Below are positions 47,273-57,138 of a DNA stretch of 64,000 nucleotides, one piece after another (the first letter of the stretch is position 1; the number at the start of each line of letters is the position of its first letter). The position numbers were made by a program, and so were the translations under genes. Source of the DNA: Gammaproteobacteria bacterium (GTDB lineage Bacteria; Pseudomonadota; Gammaproteobacteria; Ga0077536); NCBI GenBank assembly GCA_030830685.1, contig JAURMM010000021.1, positions 2,462-66,461 on the forward strand, in the 5' to 3' direction. Under the pieces are notes generated by a model. It was given only the letters and a program-made list of their open reading frames with translations, did not search any database and had not been told where the DNA came from.

Positions 47273-48079
47273 ATGAAACGCCGTGTCTTTTTCGTCTCGG
47301 ATCGCACCGGGATCACGGTCCAGGCCCTTGGCCAGAGCCTCCTGACCCAGTTTCCGGACACCCAGTTCAGCATGCGCACCCTGCCCTTCGTGAAGAACCA
47401 GGTGGCTGCGCAGAATGCTGCAGACATCATCCGGGCCGCGCGGGAGGAAGATGGCGTGGCACCTCTGGTCTTCAGCACGCTGACCGACCCGGCCACCCAG
47501 TACGTCATCGCCAACAGCAATGAGCATGTGTTCGATTTGTTCGGCACCTTCATCGAACCGCTGGAGGACGCGCTGGGCCAGGAATCCTCGCACACGGCGG
47601 GCCGCATGCATGGCATGGCCGATGTCTCAGCCTACGAACGCCGGCTTACCGCGCTTAATTTCACGCTGAGCCATGATGACGGCCTGAGCCTGCGGGACCT
47701 GAGCGAGTCCGATGTGGTTCTCGTCGGGGTTTCCCGCTGCGGCAAGACCCCGACCTGTCTCTACCTCGCCATGCAGTACTCGCTGAAAGCCAGCAATTAC
47801 CCGCTCACAGAGGATGATTTTGAACGCAGCCGCCTGCCGCCGGCGCTGGAGACCTGCAGGGAACGTATCTACGGACTAACGATTCAGCCCGACCAGCTCA
47901 GCCGGATTCGGCATGAGCGCCGGCCGCACGGTGCCTACTCCACACTCGCCCAGTGTCGTCGCGAAGTGTCGCTGGCAGAGGCCATGTTCCGGAACGAGAA
48001 GATCCCCTTCCTGGACACGACTACGGTATCCATCGAGGAGATCGCAGCAACAGTGGTGAGGGATCGCGGTCTGCGCTGA
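47273..48079 (+). CDS. PEP synthase regulatory protein (bifunctional kinase/pyrophosphorylase, DUF299)
   Basis: The sequence MKRRVFFVSDRTGITVQALGQSLLTQF ... VVLVGVSRCGKTPTCLYLA is encoded divergently from ppsA. This gene is called ppsR or ydiA in E. coli and is unrelated to the photosynthesis repressor PpsR. Confidence 0.9.
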   Translation: MKRRVFFVSDRTGITVQALGQSLLTQFPDTQFSMRTLPFVKNQVAAQNAADIIRAAREEDGVAPLVFSTLTDPATQYVIANSNEHVFDLFGTFIEPLEDALGQESSHTAGRMHGMADVSAYERRLTALNFTLSHDDGLSLRDLSESDVVLVGVSRCGKTPTCLYLAMQYSLKASNYPLTEDDFERSRLPPALETCRERIYGLTIQPDQLSRIRHERRPHGAYSTLAQCRREVSLAEAMFRNEKIPFLDTTTVSIEEIAATVVRDRGLR

Positions 48080-48094
48080 GCGCCGGGGTGGCCC

Positions 48095-48976
48095 TCAGGG
48101 CCTGATGCGGAATTCGAGCGTGCCGTGGTCCCAGAAGTGGGCACTGTACTCACCGGGCGTCGCAGGCACCGGGTCACTGAGCCCACCGGTCACCAACAAA
48201 GCTCCCGCCGGCAGTTCCCAGCCGTGGGCCAGCAGGCGGTTGATGAGCCACATCAAGGCCTGACGCTGTCCCCCCATCACGTTGACGCCACGCCCACGGT
48301 CGACCACGACGCCCTCGCGCGAAAGCTCGACCAGCAGCCCGTCCAGGGTCGCGGGGCGCGAATCAGCGAAGGGTTTGCCGACCAGCAGGCGCGCAGTGGC
48401 GGTATTGCCGGCCACAAGGTCGGTGCCGGTCACCACCCGCGGCTGTTCGAAATCGAAATTGGAAAAATCGATTACGGGCAGGACCGCGGCGATGAGCGCG
48501 GCCGTCTGGGCGGGATCGGTCAAGGGTGCAGATACTTTGGCTCGGAGCACAAAACCGAGGCCAGGTGCGATTGTCAGCTGCTTGAACTCACGGCGCAGCA
48601 ATACCGGGGAACCGCGCAGGATGTTTTCGCGGAACACCACCCCGGTCACAGGCTCCTGGACCTTGAACTGGACCTGTCCCTTGGGGCGGGTCAGTCCCGC
48701 CTTGTAACCCGCCACCTTGGCCCGCAGCGCGAGTCCCTGCACCACCAACTTCTGCACCGCATAGGCGTCGGTCATGTCCAGGCCCACCCCGTAAGCCGAG
48801 AGCACAGGCAGCGGTTGGCGGTCCTTGATCTGGGTGGCCACCACGGTCGCCCAGTCATGCAGCGTGGACCATGCCCAAACCGGGCAAGCGGCTCCGCCGA
48901 GAAGGAGAGCCGTCACCACGTTCAAAAGCGAGCGCCGAGCGCCGCGGGAACCATGGGACGAGATGGGTGGAAGCAT
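48095..48976 (-). CDS. 2-keto-4-pentenoate hydratase-like (FAH-fold) protein with signal peptide
   Basis: It has an N-terminal signal-like sequence (LLNVVTALLLGGAACPVWAW). The body resembles the MhpD / 4-oxalocrotonate decarboxylase family (AGYKAGLT ... LLVTGGLS). The start is set to ATG 48976. Confidence 0.5.
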   Translation of the reverse strand: MLPPISSHGSRGARRSLLNVVTALLLGGAACPVWAWSTLHDWATVVATQIKDRQPLPVLSAYGVGLDMTDAYAVQKLVVQGLALRAKVAGYKAGLTRPKGQVQFKVQEPVTGVVFRENILRGSPVLLRREFKQLTIAPGLGFVLRAKVSAPLTDPAQTAALIAAVLPVIDFSNFDFEQPRVVTGTDLVAGNTATARLLVGKPFADSRPATLDGLLVELSREGVVVDRGRGVNVMGGQRQALMWLINRLLAHGWELPAGALLVTGGLSDPVPATPGEYSAHFWDHGTLEFRIRP

Positions 48977-49113
48977 GGCGGGGCGGATGACGCTTGAGAT
49001 TGGCAGAGGGTAGAGTTGGCTGCTTGACGGTTTCTGGCGGCATCCGTGTAATGGGGCGGAGCGCGCGGATTCTAACCGACCTCGCACCGCGTGCCGCAAG
49101 TCAATCGCCCAAG

Positions 49114-49836
49114 ATGTCAAAATCCACACCTCTCTCTGCTGCCCCCTCGCTTCGGCTCGTGCCCTGGATGTTCGCGCTGTGCTTGCTGCTGGCTGGCAAA
49201 GCCACCGCGGCACCCGAGCTGCCGAGCGAGGAATACGCGGTCTTCAGGGCCCTGCTCGATCATGGTCTGGGACCCGAGGCTCAGCAGGTCATCGTGGCGG
49301 AAACGACGACGGGCGATCCCGCGGGCATTCTTCCTGCTGTTAAGGCTGACGAAGTCCGTGCCAAGGAACTTGGCACTTCGCTCGAACTCTTGCGTGACTG
49401 GTCGCTGATGAACGAGCGGCAATTTTCGCTGGGGCAGGGATTTACCACCCGGGTGCCCCATGTGCTGCTGTCAGATTCGGCACGCGAAACGCTCTTCCGG
49501 GGTGACGAGCCGCAACAGGGCTGGAAACTTTTCTTCAGGAAATATCCGCTGGCCGCGGGCTTGGTGCGTCTGTCCCGTGCAGGCTTCAATGCCGCGCGCA
49601 GCGAGGCGCTGGTGTATCTCGAATTCCAGTGTGGAGCGGAGTGCGGTTCGGGCCGTCTGGTTAACCTCGCCCGGACACCTGGCGGCATCTGGCAGATCAA
49701 CAATGGCGAGCTGTTGTGGATAGCGGCGCCCGAGGAGGAGCAAGGTCCTCCGGTACCAATTGCACCCGCCCCCAAGGCCAGGCCTCAGTCCAAGCCTATC
49801 GCGAGGCCCCCGGTGGCACCGGGCTCAGGGCCATGA
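49114..49836 (+). CDS. Hypothetical exported protein
   Basis: It has a signal peptide MSKSTPLSAAPSLRLVPWMFALCLLLAGKATAAP and a Pro-rich C-terminus. I recognise no family. Its stop overlaps the next gene's start (ATGA). Confidence 0.5.
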   Translation: MSKSTPLSAAPSLRLVPWMFALCLLLAGKATAAPELPSEEYAVFRALLDHGLGPEAQQVIVAETTTGDPAGILPAVKADEVRAKELGTSLELLRDWSLMNERQFSLGQGFTTRVPHVLLSDSARETLFRGDEPQQGWKLFFRKYPLAAGLVRLSRAGFNAARSEALVYLEFQCGAECGSGRLVNLARTPGGIWQINNGELLWIAAPEEEQGPPVPIAPAPKARPQSKPIARPPVAPGSGP

Positions 49837-50375
49837 AACGCCTCTGCGTGTTCTGCGGTGCCCGGACAGGCGGGCGCACCGAGTATGCCGAAGCCGCTGC
49901 GGCCGTGGGTCAGGGCCTCGCCCGCGCAGGCTGGGGGCTGGTGTACGGCGGCGGACAGGTTGGCTTGATGGGCCTCGTGGCAGATGCGGCCCTCGCTGCC
50001 GGCGCAGAGGTCACCGGAATATTGCCCACCTTTCTTGATCGTAGGGAAATCGCGCATCCCGGACTGCACCGGATGGAGCATGTTGGGAGCCTGTTCGAGC
50101 GAAAGTCATCGATGATGCAACTCGCGGATGCCTTCCTCGCACTGCCTGGGGGAATAGGCACGCTCGACGAATTGCTTGAAGTGGTGGCGTGGCGACAACT
50201 GGGCCAGTGCGAGAAGCCCGTCATGCTGCTCAATACCGCCCGTTATTTTGATCCGTGGCTGGAGGCTATGAATCAAGCCGTGCGTGAGGGCTTTCTGGAC
50301 CAGCAGGAACTCGAGCGACTGATCATTGCCGCCACGCCGAGCGAGCTCTTCGCACGCCCGGAGTTCAGCGCGTGA
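49833..50375 (+). CDS. LOG family protein (TIGR00730-type nucleotide 5'-monophosphate nucleosidase)
   Basis: The sequence MKRLCVFCGARTG ... GLVYGGGQVGLMG ... PGGIGTLDEL contains the LOG family motifs. Confidence 0.85.
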   Translation: MKRLCVFCGARTGGRTEYAEAAAAVGQGLARAGWGLVYGGGQVGLMGLVADAALAAGAEVTGILPTFLDRREIAHPGLHRMEHVGSLFERKSSMMQLADAFLALPGGIGTLDELLEVVAWRQLGQCEKPVMLLNTARYFDPWLEAMNQAVREGFLDQQELERLIIAATPSELFARPEFSA

Positions 50376-51052
50376 GCCGGCCCAGGCTCGCCGGCGTGGT
50401 CTTCGACATGGATGGCGTCCTGATCGACTCCGAACGCATCATTCGCGCTGCGGCCCAGGCCGCCGCACTTGAGATCGACCGCCAACTGACCGACGATTTC
50501 TATGCCAGTGTGCTCGGCTTGCCCGGCGCACGCGTCGAAGCCGCCTTCATGGCTGAGTTCGGGCCCGACTTTCCACTGCCGGACTACCGCAAGCGCTTCG
50601 AACGTTGCTACCGACTGGAAGTCGATGAACGGGGCATCCAGCCCAAACCCGGCGTGCCCGAATTGCTGCAGCTCCTGCGCGCGCGCGGTGTGCCCGTGGC
50701 GGTCGCCACGGCCACCCGCTCCGGCAACGCTGAGCGCGCCCTGGAGGCGGCCGGACTGCTGGACCATCTGCCGGTTTGTGTGACCGGCGATCAGGTTGCG
50801 CAGAGCAAGCCCGCACCCGATGTCTTCCTGGCCGCCGCCGCACGGCTCGGTCTTGCCCCTGAGCTCTGCATCGCAGTGGAGGATTCGGAAGTCGGCGCCC
50901 GCGCGGCGGTCGCGGCCGGCATGTGGACCCTCATGGTGCCGGACTTTCGCGCACCCAGTGCAGAGCTGGCGGCGATGGTGCATGAGATCCTTGATTCGAT
51001 GCCCTCGGCTGCGCAACGCATAAAGCGCCTGCTGGACCTCGATCGCACATGA
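50372..51052 (+). CDS. HAD-superfamily hydrolase (beta-phosphoglucomutase-like, subfamily IA)
   Basis: It has motif I VVFDMDGVLIDSE, a motif III/IV context VEDSEVGARAA, and a GTGA overlap with the LOG gene. Confidence 0.8.
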   Translation: MSRPRLAGVVFDMDGVLIDSERIIRAAAQAAALEIDRQLTDDFYASVLGLPGARVEAAFMAEFGPDFPLPDYRKRFERCYRLEVDERGIQPKPGVPELLQLLRARGVPVAVATATRSGNAERALEAAGLLDHLPVCVTGDQVAQSKPAPDVFLAAAARLGLAPELCIAVEDSEVGARAAVAAGMWTLMVPDFRAPSAELAAMVHEILDSMPSAAQRIKRLLDLDRT

Positions 51053-51954
51053 GGCGCATGCCCGTGATCAAGCAGGGGAAAACCCGGGTTCGGGCGCGTT
51101 TTTCACGCAATGTACTCGCCATGATCTATGACTTCGACGGCACGCTCACGCCCCTGCCGATGCAGGAGTACACCGTGCTACCGCAGCTCGGCCTGTCTGC
51201 CCCTGCCTTCTGGGAGGAAGTGAATGCCGAGGTACGGGCGACCGGCGGGGATCCCATCCTTACCTACATGCGACTGCTCGTGGAGAAAATCGAGGCCAAC
51301 AAGGCGCATCTAAGCCGCGAAGCCCTGCGCAGACTGGCGCGCGACATCCGCTACTACCCAGGCGTCCCGGGGTGGTTCGAGCGGATCAACCGCTATGTTG
51401 CCGAACGCTCGGGTGGCGCGGTCGAGGTCCGGCACTACATCATCTCCGCCGGCCTGAAGGAAATTCTCGAAGGGATCTCGATCAAGCACCACTTCGAGCG
51501 GATCTATGCTTCTCAATATCATTTCAATCACCATGAGGTCGCTTGCTTCCCGACCATCGTGATCAATGACACCAGCAAGACCCAGTACCTGTTCCGGATC
51601 AACAAAGGTCGCGAGGACGCCCATCAGTCGATCAATGAATACATGCCGGAAGAGGCGCGCCCCATTCCTTTTTCCCACATGCTGTACATTGGTGATGGCC
51701 TGACCGATGTGCCGTGCATGACGGTTGCCAAGAAGTACGGTGGATTCGCCGTTGCCGTGCACAATCCCACCCACGAGGCTTCGCTTGAAACCTGTCGCGA
51801 ACTGGTCAGGGCCGAGCGCATCGACTATTTTGCAGCCGCCGACTATCGCCCCGGCCGGGAGCTCGAGAAACGAGTGCGCACCCTGCTGGACCTCATCACT
51901 GCCCGCATTCTTTTCGCCCGGGAACGCCATGCTTTTCTTCAATCGCTCGCCTGA
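51049..51954 (+). CDS. HAD-like hydrolase family protein
   Basis: It carries MIYDFDGTLTP (DxDxT) and YIGDGLTDVPCM (motif IV). The ATGA overlap with the upstream HAD gene supports the 51049 start; the alternative start is 51121. Confidence 0.65.
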   Translation: MRRMPVIKQGKTRVRARFSRNVLAMIYDFDGTLTPLPMQEYTVLPQLGLSAPAFWEEVNAEVRATGGDPILTYMRLLVEKIEANKAHLSREALRRLARDIRYYPGVPGWFERINRYVAERSGGAVEVRHYIISAGLKEILEGISIKHHFERIYASQYHFNHHEVACFPTIVINDTSKTQYLFRINKGREDAHQSINEYMPEEARPIPFSHMLYIGDGLTDVPCMTVAKKYGGFAVAVHNPTHEASLETCRELVRAERIDYFAAADYRPGRELEKRVRTLLDLITARILFARERHAFLQSLA

Positions 51955-51964
51955 AAGCGCCCGC

Positions 51965-52504
51965 ATGTTCAAGCGCTGGAGCTGGCTGCTGTGCCTGTTG
52001 CTGCTCACCGCCTGCAAGGCACCAGACCTCAAACCAGGCTTCATGAAGAAAGAACCACCTCCGCGAGCGGCAGCGCCGCTGCCCGAACCCGTCGTTGACC
52101 CGTCACTCACTCCACGGGAATTGCTGACTGCGCGTCTCATCAATTCACGCAAGGCAGACTCGGCAACCCCGGGCTTGACCGTTGGCAAGCTCATCGAGTT
52201 TGCCGACCGCTACCTTGCCTGCGATTGTGCCAACACGCGTTTCGCCAAGGCGTGGCGCCGTATCGATGGCGGCTATGAGTTGTCCACCAATGCCGGGCAG
52301 GTCCGCCCGCTGCGCTTCATGTGCACTGGCAGTGCAGAGGCGTTCCAGTGCTATCTGACGGAGATTGACCGGGGCCCGCATCTGCAGGCGCTGACTGAGC
52401 GCTTCATGCCCGGTGGGGATTTCATCACTTTCATTTACGAAAACGGCCTGAGTTGCCCCCGCGTGGAGCCTTGCCCTACCCCGGTGCCGGGTGTCGCGCA
52501 ATGA
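51965..52504 (+). CDS. Hypothetical lipoprotein
   Basis: MFKRWSWLLCLLLLTAC has a lipobox (LLTAC). I recognise no family. Confidence 0.5.
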   Translation: MFKRWSWLLCLLLLTACKAPDLKPGFMKKEPPPRAAAPLPEPVVDPSLTPRELLTARLINSRKADSATPGLTVGKLIEFADRYLACDCANTRFAKAWRRIDGGYELSTNAGQVRPLRFMCTGSAEAFQCYLTEIDRGPHLQALTERFMPGGDFITFIYENGLSCPRVEPCPTPVPGVAQ

Positions 52505-52600
52505 TCGGCCGAGAATAACCGGCGCGCGCCACGCGGCGCCGGAAACTTGCGCTACACTGGCCCTGCGCGATCGTGCGCTTTCCTGAGCCAGTTGACTACC

Positions 52601-55258
52601 ATGCCTCCTTCAGTGACCGACGATCTCGACCCCCTTGAAACCAGTGAATGGCTGGAAGCATTGGCCGCCGTGGCCGAGGCCGAAGGCATTGAGCGCGCGC
52701 ACTACTTGCTGGAGCGCATGATCGATTCAGCACGCCGCTCCGGTGTAGATCTGCCCTACTCCGCCAACACTGCCTACATCAACACCATCCCGCCGCACCT
52801 TGAGCAGTACACTCCTGGCGACCCGGCACTTGAATGGCGCATCCGCTCCATCAACCGCTGGAATGCCATGGCCATGGTCGTCAGGGCCAATCGCAAGAAC
52901 AGCGAACTCGGCGGACACATCGCAAGCTACGCCTCGGCCGCTACGCTGTATGAGGTCGGATACAGCCATTTCTGGCGTGGCCCCAGCGAAACCCACGGTG
53001 GAGATCTGATCTTCATGCAGGGACACTCCGCGCCCGGCATCTATGCGCGGGCCTACCTGCTCGGCCTGATCAGCGAAGACCAGCTCGACAATTTCCGGCA
53101 GGAGGTCGGCGGCAAAGGCCTGAGTTCCTATCCGCATCCGTGGCTGATGCCGGACTTCTGGCAGTTCCCGACCGTGTCCATGGGGCTCGGCCCCATCATG
53201 GCCATCTATCAGGCGCGCTTCATGCGCTACCTCGAACACCGCGGACTGGCCCGCACGGAAGGGCGCAAGGTCTGGGCCTTCATGGGTGATGGCGAGATGG
53301 ACGAGCCGGAGTCCTTTGGCGCGGCAGCCCTCGCCTCCCGCGAGAAGCTCGACAATCTCGTCTTCGTGATCAACTGCAACCTGCAACGCCTCGACGGGCC
53401 GGTCCGTGGCAACGGCAAGATCATCCAGGAGCTGGAATCCGATTTCCGGGGCGCAGGCTGGAATGTCATCAAGGTTATCTGGGGTGCGGCCTGGGATTCG
53501 CTGCTCGCGAAAGACACCAAGGGCTTGCTGCTGCGGCGGATGGAGGAAGTGGTTGATGGTGAGTACCAGGCCATGAAAGCAGTCAACGGCGCGTATGTCC
53601 GGGAGCACTTCTTCGGCAAATACCCGGAGCTCAAGCAGCTCGTGGCCAGCATGAGCGATGACGACATCTGGCGCCTCAACCGCGGTGGGCACGATCCGCA
53701 CAAGGTCTACGCAGCCTATGCACGTGCCATGGCCCACACCGGCCAACCCACCGTCATCCTGTGCAAGACCGTCAAAGGCTACGGCATGGGTGAGGCAGGC
53801 GAAGGCAAGATGATCACACACCAGCAGAAGAAGCTGGGGGAGGATGCGCTACGCCACTTCCGCGATCGTTTCAATCTGCCCATTCCCGATGCAGATCTTC
53901 CTTCGGCCCCTTACTACCGACCACCGGAGGACAGCCCGGAGATGAAATATCTCCGCGAGCGCACAGCCGCAATGGGTGGTTTCCTCCCGCGCCGACGGCC
54001 GAAAGCCAGTGCCCCACTCAAGGTGCCTGGAATCGAGATGTTCGAGGCCATGCTCAAGGGCACCGAAGATCGCGAAATCTCGACCACCATGGCCTTCGTA
54101 CGCCTGCTCGCAGTGCTCACGCGCGAGAAGACCTTGTCTTCACGTGTAGTGCCAATCGTGCCAGATGAGGCGCGAACCTTCGGCATGGAGGGCATGTTCC
54201 GCCAGCTTGGCATCTATTCCTCAGTGGGCCAGCTCTATGAGCCCGTGGACCACGAGGAACTCATGTATTACCGCGAAGACATCAAGGGCCAGATCCTCGA
54301 GGAGGGTATCAACGAAGCGGGCGGCATGTGCTCGTGGATTGCGGCGGCTACCGCCTACTCCAGTCACGACCTGCAGATGATCCCTTTCTTCATCTTCTAC
54401 TCCATGTTCGGCTTTCAGCGGGTCGGAGATCTCGCGTGGGCCGCGGGCGATATGCAGGCGCGGGGCTTCCTGCTGGGCGGCACGGCGGGGCGAACGACGC
54501 TCGGCGGCGAGGGCCTGCAGCACCAGGACGGACACAGTCACCTCCTTGCGGCCACCATTCCCAACTGCCGCAGCTACGACCCGACCTTCGCCTACGAACT
54601 GGCGGTCATCATTCACCATGGTATGAAGCAGATGCTCGAAGCGCAGGAGAACTGCTTCTACTACATCACAGTGATGAACGAGAACTATGCGCACCCGGCG
54701 CTGCCGCAGGGGGCTGAGGAAGGCATCATCAAAGGGCTTTACTGCCTCGAGCGGCAGACCGACGCACAGGTCAACCTGATGGGCTCGGGCACCATCCTGC
54801 GCGAGGTGCAGGCCGCAGCAGCCCTGCTCGAGTCCGATTTTGGCATCAAGGCCAACCTGTGGAGTGCAACCAGCTTCAACGAACTGCGCCGCGACGGCCT
54901 TGACTGCGAGCGGTGGAATCTCCTGCATCCGGACAAGAAGCCGCGCGTTCCCTGGGTGACACAGCAATTGGCGAGCGCAACACTACCGGTAGTCGCCGCC
55001 ACCGATTACATAAAAGCATTTGCCGATCAGATCCGCGAGTTCATCCCTGGCCGCTACAGGGTGCTGGGGACCGATGGATTTGGTCGCTCGGATGCGCGGG
55101 CACAGCTTCGGGAGTTCTTTGAGGTCAACCGGCACTACATCGTGGTCGCCGCCCTCAAGGCCCTCGCGGATGACGGCAAGCTGCCGCAGAAGAAGGTCGC
55201 CGAGGCAATCCGCAAGTACGGGATAAATCCCGAAAAACCCAATCCGGCGAGCGTCTGA
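52601..55258 (+). CDS. aceE: Pyruvate dehydrogenase E1 component (homodimeric type)
   Basis: About 885 aa. The sequence DLDPLETSEWLEAL ... GGHIASYASAATLYEVGYSHFWRG ... FMGDGEMDEPES is typical of AceE. Confidence 0.95.
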   Translation: MPPSVTDDLDPLETSEWLEALAAVAEAEGIERAHYLLERMIDSARRSGVDLPYSANTAYINTIPPHLEQYTPGDPALEWRIRSINRWNAMAMVVRANRKNSELGGHIASYASAATLYEVGYSHFWRGPSETHGGDLIFMQGHSAPGIYARAYLLGLISEDQLDNFRQEVGGKGLSSYPHPWLMPDFWQFPTVSMGLGPIMAIYQARFMRYLEHRGLARTEGRKVWAFMGDGEMDEPESFGAAALASREKLDNLVFVINCNLQRLDGPVRGNGKIIQELESDFRGAGWNVIKVIWGAAWDSLLAKDTKGLLLRRMEEVVDGEYQAMKAVNGAYVREHFFGKYPELKQLVASMSDDDIWRLNRGGHDPHKVYAAYARAMAHTGQPTVILCKTVKGYGMGEAGEGKMITHQQKKLGEDALRHFRDRFNLPIPDADLPSAPYYRPPEDSPEMKYLRERTAAMGGFLPRRRPKASAPLKVPGIEMFEAMLKGTEDREISTTMAFVRLLAVLTREKTLSSRVVPIVPDEARTFGMEGMFRQLGIYSSVGQLYEPVDHEELMYYREDIKGQILEEGINEAGGMCSWIAAATAYSSHDLQMIPFFIFYSMFGFQRVGDLAWAAGDMQARGFLLGGTAGRTTLGGEGLQHQDGHSHLLAATIPNCRSYDPTFAYELAVIIHHGMKQMLEAQENCFYYITVMNENYAHPALPQGAEEGIIKGLYCLERQTDAQVNLMGSGTILREVQAAAALLESDFGIKANLWSATSFNELRRDGLDCERWNLLHPDKKPRVPWVTQQLASATLPVVAATDYIKAFADQIREFIPGRYRVLGTDGFGRSDARAQLREFFEVNRHYIVVAALKALADDGKLPQKKVAEAIRKYGINPEKPNPASV

Positions 55259-55260
55259 TC

Positions 55261-56652
55261 ATGGCTAACGACATTCAGGTGGCAGTGCCGGATATCGGCG
55301 ACTTCGAGGCTGTGGACGTCATCGAGGTGTTGGTCAAACCAGGCGATATCATCAGCGCTGAAGATCCGCTCATCACGCTGGAGAGCGATAAGGCAACGAT
55401 GGACATCCCGGCACCACTTGCCGGCAAGGTTCTGGCCATCAGCGTGAAAGTGGGCGACAAGGTCTCCGAGGGCAATCTGCTGCTGACGGTGGAGCCGCTG
55501 GAAGCGGGAGCATCGCCAGCCGCGACACCCGTTGCAGAGGCCTCAAGTGAGACCAAGCCAGCAGAGCCGCCAGCGACTCCGGCAGCCTCGACGACTCACC
55601 CTGCGGAAACACCCGTACCTCAGGCCGTGGTGGAAATCGCTCCCGCCACGCCTGCGTCGAACTCACTGCAGACCTACGGTTTTGCGTCCCCCGATCCGGG
55701 TCCGCGCACTCTCACGCCGCCCGGCGCCAGTCAATCCATGATGCAAAGTGAAGGACGGGTTCACGCGAGTCCCGCCATTCGCAAGTTCGCACGTGAACTC
55801 GGAGTGACGCTGAACGAGGTCAAGGGCAGCGGGCCCAAGGGACGCGTCCTTAAGGAGGACGTCACGGCGCACGTGAAGCGCGCGCTGAAGGCGCCCCCGA
55901 CGACGACCGGCCTGTCACTCCCCGTGCAACAGCCGGAAATCGATTTCAGCCGCTTCGGGGCGATCAGCACGACCCCGCTCACCAAGATTCGGCGCCTCAC
56001 GGGGCAGAATCTGCACCGGGCCTGGGTCAGCATCCCGCATGTCACCCAGTTCGATGAGGCCGACATCACGGAACTGGAGGCCTTTCGCAAGGCCAAGGGG
56101 CCAGAGGCCGAGAAGACGGGTGCGCGGTTGACGCTGGTCGCTTTCATGCTGAAAGCGCTCGTCGTCGCCCTGCGCCGCTATCCGGATTTCAACAGCTCAC
56201 TCAGTGGTGACGGTAGCGCGCTCATCCACAAGCAGTACTTTCATCTGGGTGTGGCAGTGAACACTGAACGTGGCCTGCTGGTGCCCGTCATTCGCGACGT
56301 CGACCAGAAAGGGATCCTCGTACTGGCCCGGGAACTCCGCGAAATCAGCGGCAAGGCGCGGGATGGCAAGCTCACACCTGCAGAGATGCAGGGAGCGTGC
56401 ATGACCGTGACCAGTCTGGGCGGCGTGGGCGGCACCGCCTTCACCCCGATCATCAACCCGCCCGAGGTGGCCATTCTTGGGGTTTCACCCGCCAGCCTGA
56501 AGCCGGTCTGGCGTGAGACGGCTTTCGTGCCCAGACTCATGCTGCCGCTTTCCTTGTCCTACGATCACCGCGTGATCGACGGAGTGGCAGCGGCGGAGTT
56601 TGCACGGTATCTGTGCCGCCTGCTCGGAGATATCCGCGAACTCATGCTCTGA
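55261..56652 (+). CDS. aceF: Dihydrolipoyllysine-residue acetyltransferase (PDH E2)
   Basis: It has a single lipoyl domain (ITLESDKATMDIPAP), an Ala/Pro linker, a subunit-binding domain (ASPAIRKFARELGV), and the catalytic DHRVIDG. Confidence 0.95.
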   Translation: MANDIQVAVPDIGDFEAVDVIEVLVKPGDIISAEDPLITLESDKATMDIPAPLAGKVLAISVKVGDKVSEGNLLLTVEPLEAGASPAATPVAEASSETKPAEPPATPAASTTHPAETPVPQAVVEIAPATPASNSLQTYGFASPDPGPRTLTPPGASQSMMQSEGRVHASPAIRKFARELGVTLNEVKGSGPKGRVLKEDVTAHVKRALKAPPTTTGLSLPVQQPEIDFSRFGAISTTPLTKIRRLTGQNLHRAWVSIPHVTQFDEADITELEAFRKAKGPEAEKTGARLTLVAFMLKALVVALRRYPDFNSSLSGDGSALIHKQYFHLGVAVNTERGLLVPVIRDVDQKGILVLARELREISGKARDGKLTPAEMQGACMTVTSLGGVGGTAFTPIINPPEVAILGVSPASLKPVWRETAFVPRLMLPLSLSYDHRVIDGVAAAEFARYLCRLLGDIRELML

Positions 56653-56661
56653 GGCGTCGCC

Positions 56662-57138
56662 ATGACACAGGAGCCGCACGTCACGGCACCCAAGGCGCGC
56701 TTCTCGATTTGCGTGATCGAGGATGCAGCAAACCGTCTGCTGCTGCTCCGGCGAGCGCCTGATCGCCCTCTCGGCCCGAACACTTGGGGCTTTCCGGCGG
56801 GGCATATCGAGGCAAACGAGACACCACGCGAATGCGCTTTCCGCGAACTCAGGGAGGAAGCCGGATCAGCGGTGCTGGTGGAAGAGCTGCGCGCGCTCGG
56901 CCCACTGCGGGATTCGCTTTATGGTGGAGTCTATGAGATTCATCTTTTTCATCTGCGCTGGCTGGGTGGATCGATCACGCTCAATGCTGAGCACACGGAT
57001 TTTGTATGGGCCGATGCCGCCTGCTGCCGCACACTGGACACCATGCCGGGCATAGAAGAAGACATCGCGCTTCTGGACATCTGGCCGCGCTCGAGTCTGG
57101 AGCAGTCCCGCCTGCCGCCCCACCTGCGCGTGCCATGA
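56662..57138 (+). CDS. NUDIX hydrolase
   Basis: It carries the Nudix box GFPAGHIEANETPRECAFRELREEAG. Confidence 0.85.
   Translation: MTQEPHVTAPKARFSICVIEDAANRLLLLRRAPDRPLGPNTWGFPAGHIEANETPRECAFRELREEAGSAVLVEELRALGPLRDSLYGGVYEIHLFHLRWLGGSITLNAEHTDFVWADAACCRTLDTMPGIEEDIALLDIWPRSSLEQSRLPPHLRVP

Noticed and set aside
47273-48079. Whether this gene (called ppsR in E. coli) could be the PpsR repressor predicted to bind the puc palindromes.
   Set aside because: It is the DUF299 kinase/pyrophosphorylase that regulates PEP synthase. It has no PAS or HTH domains, and only the name coincides.
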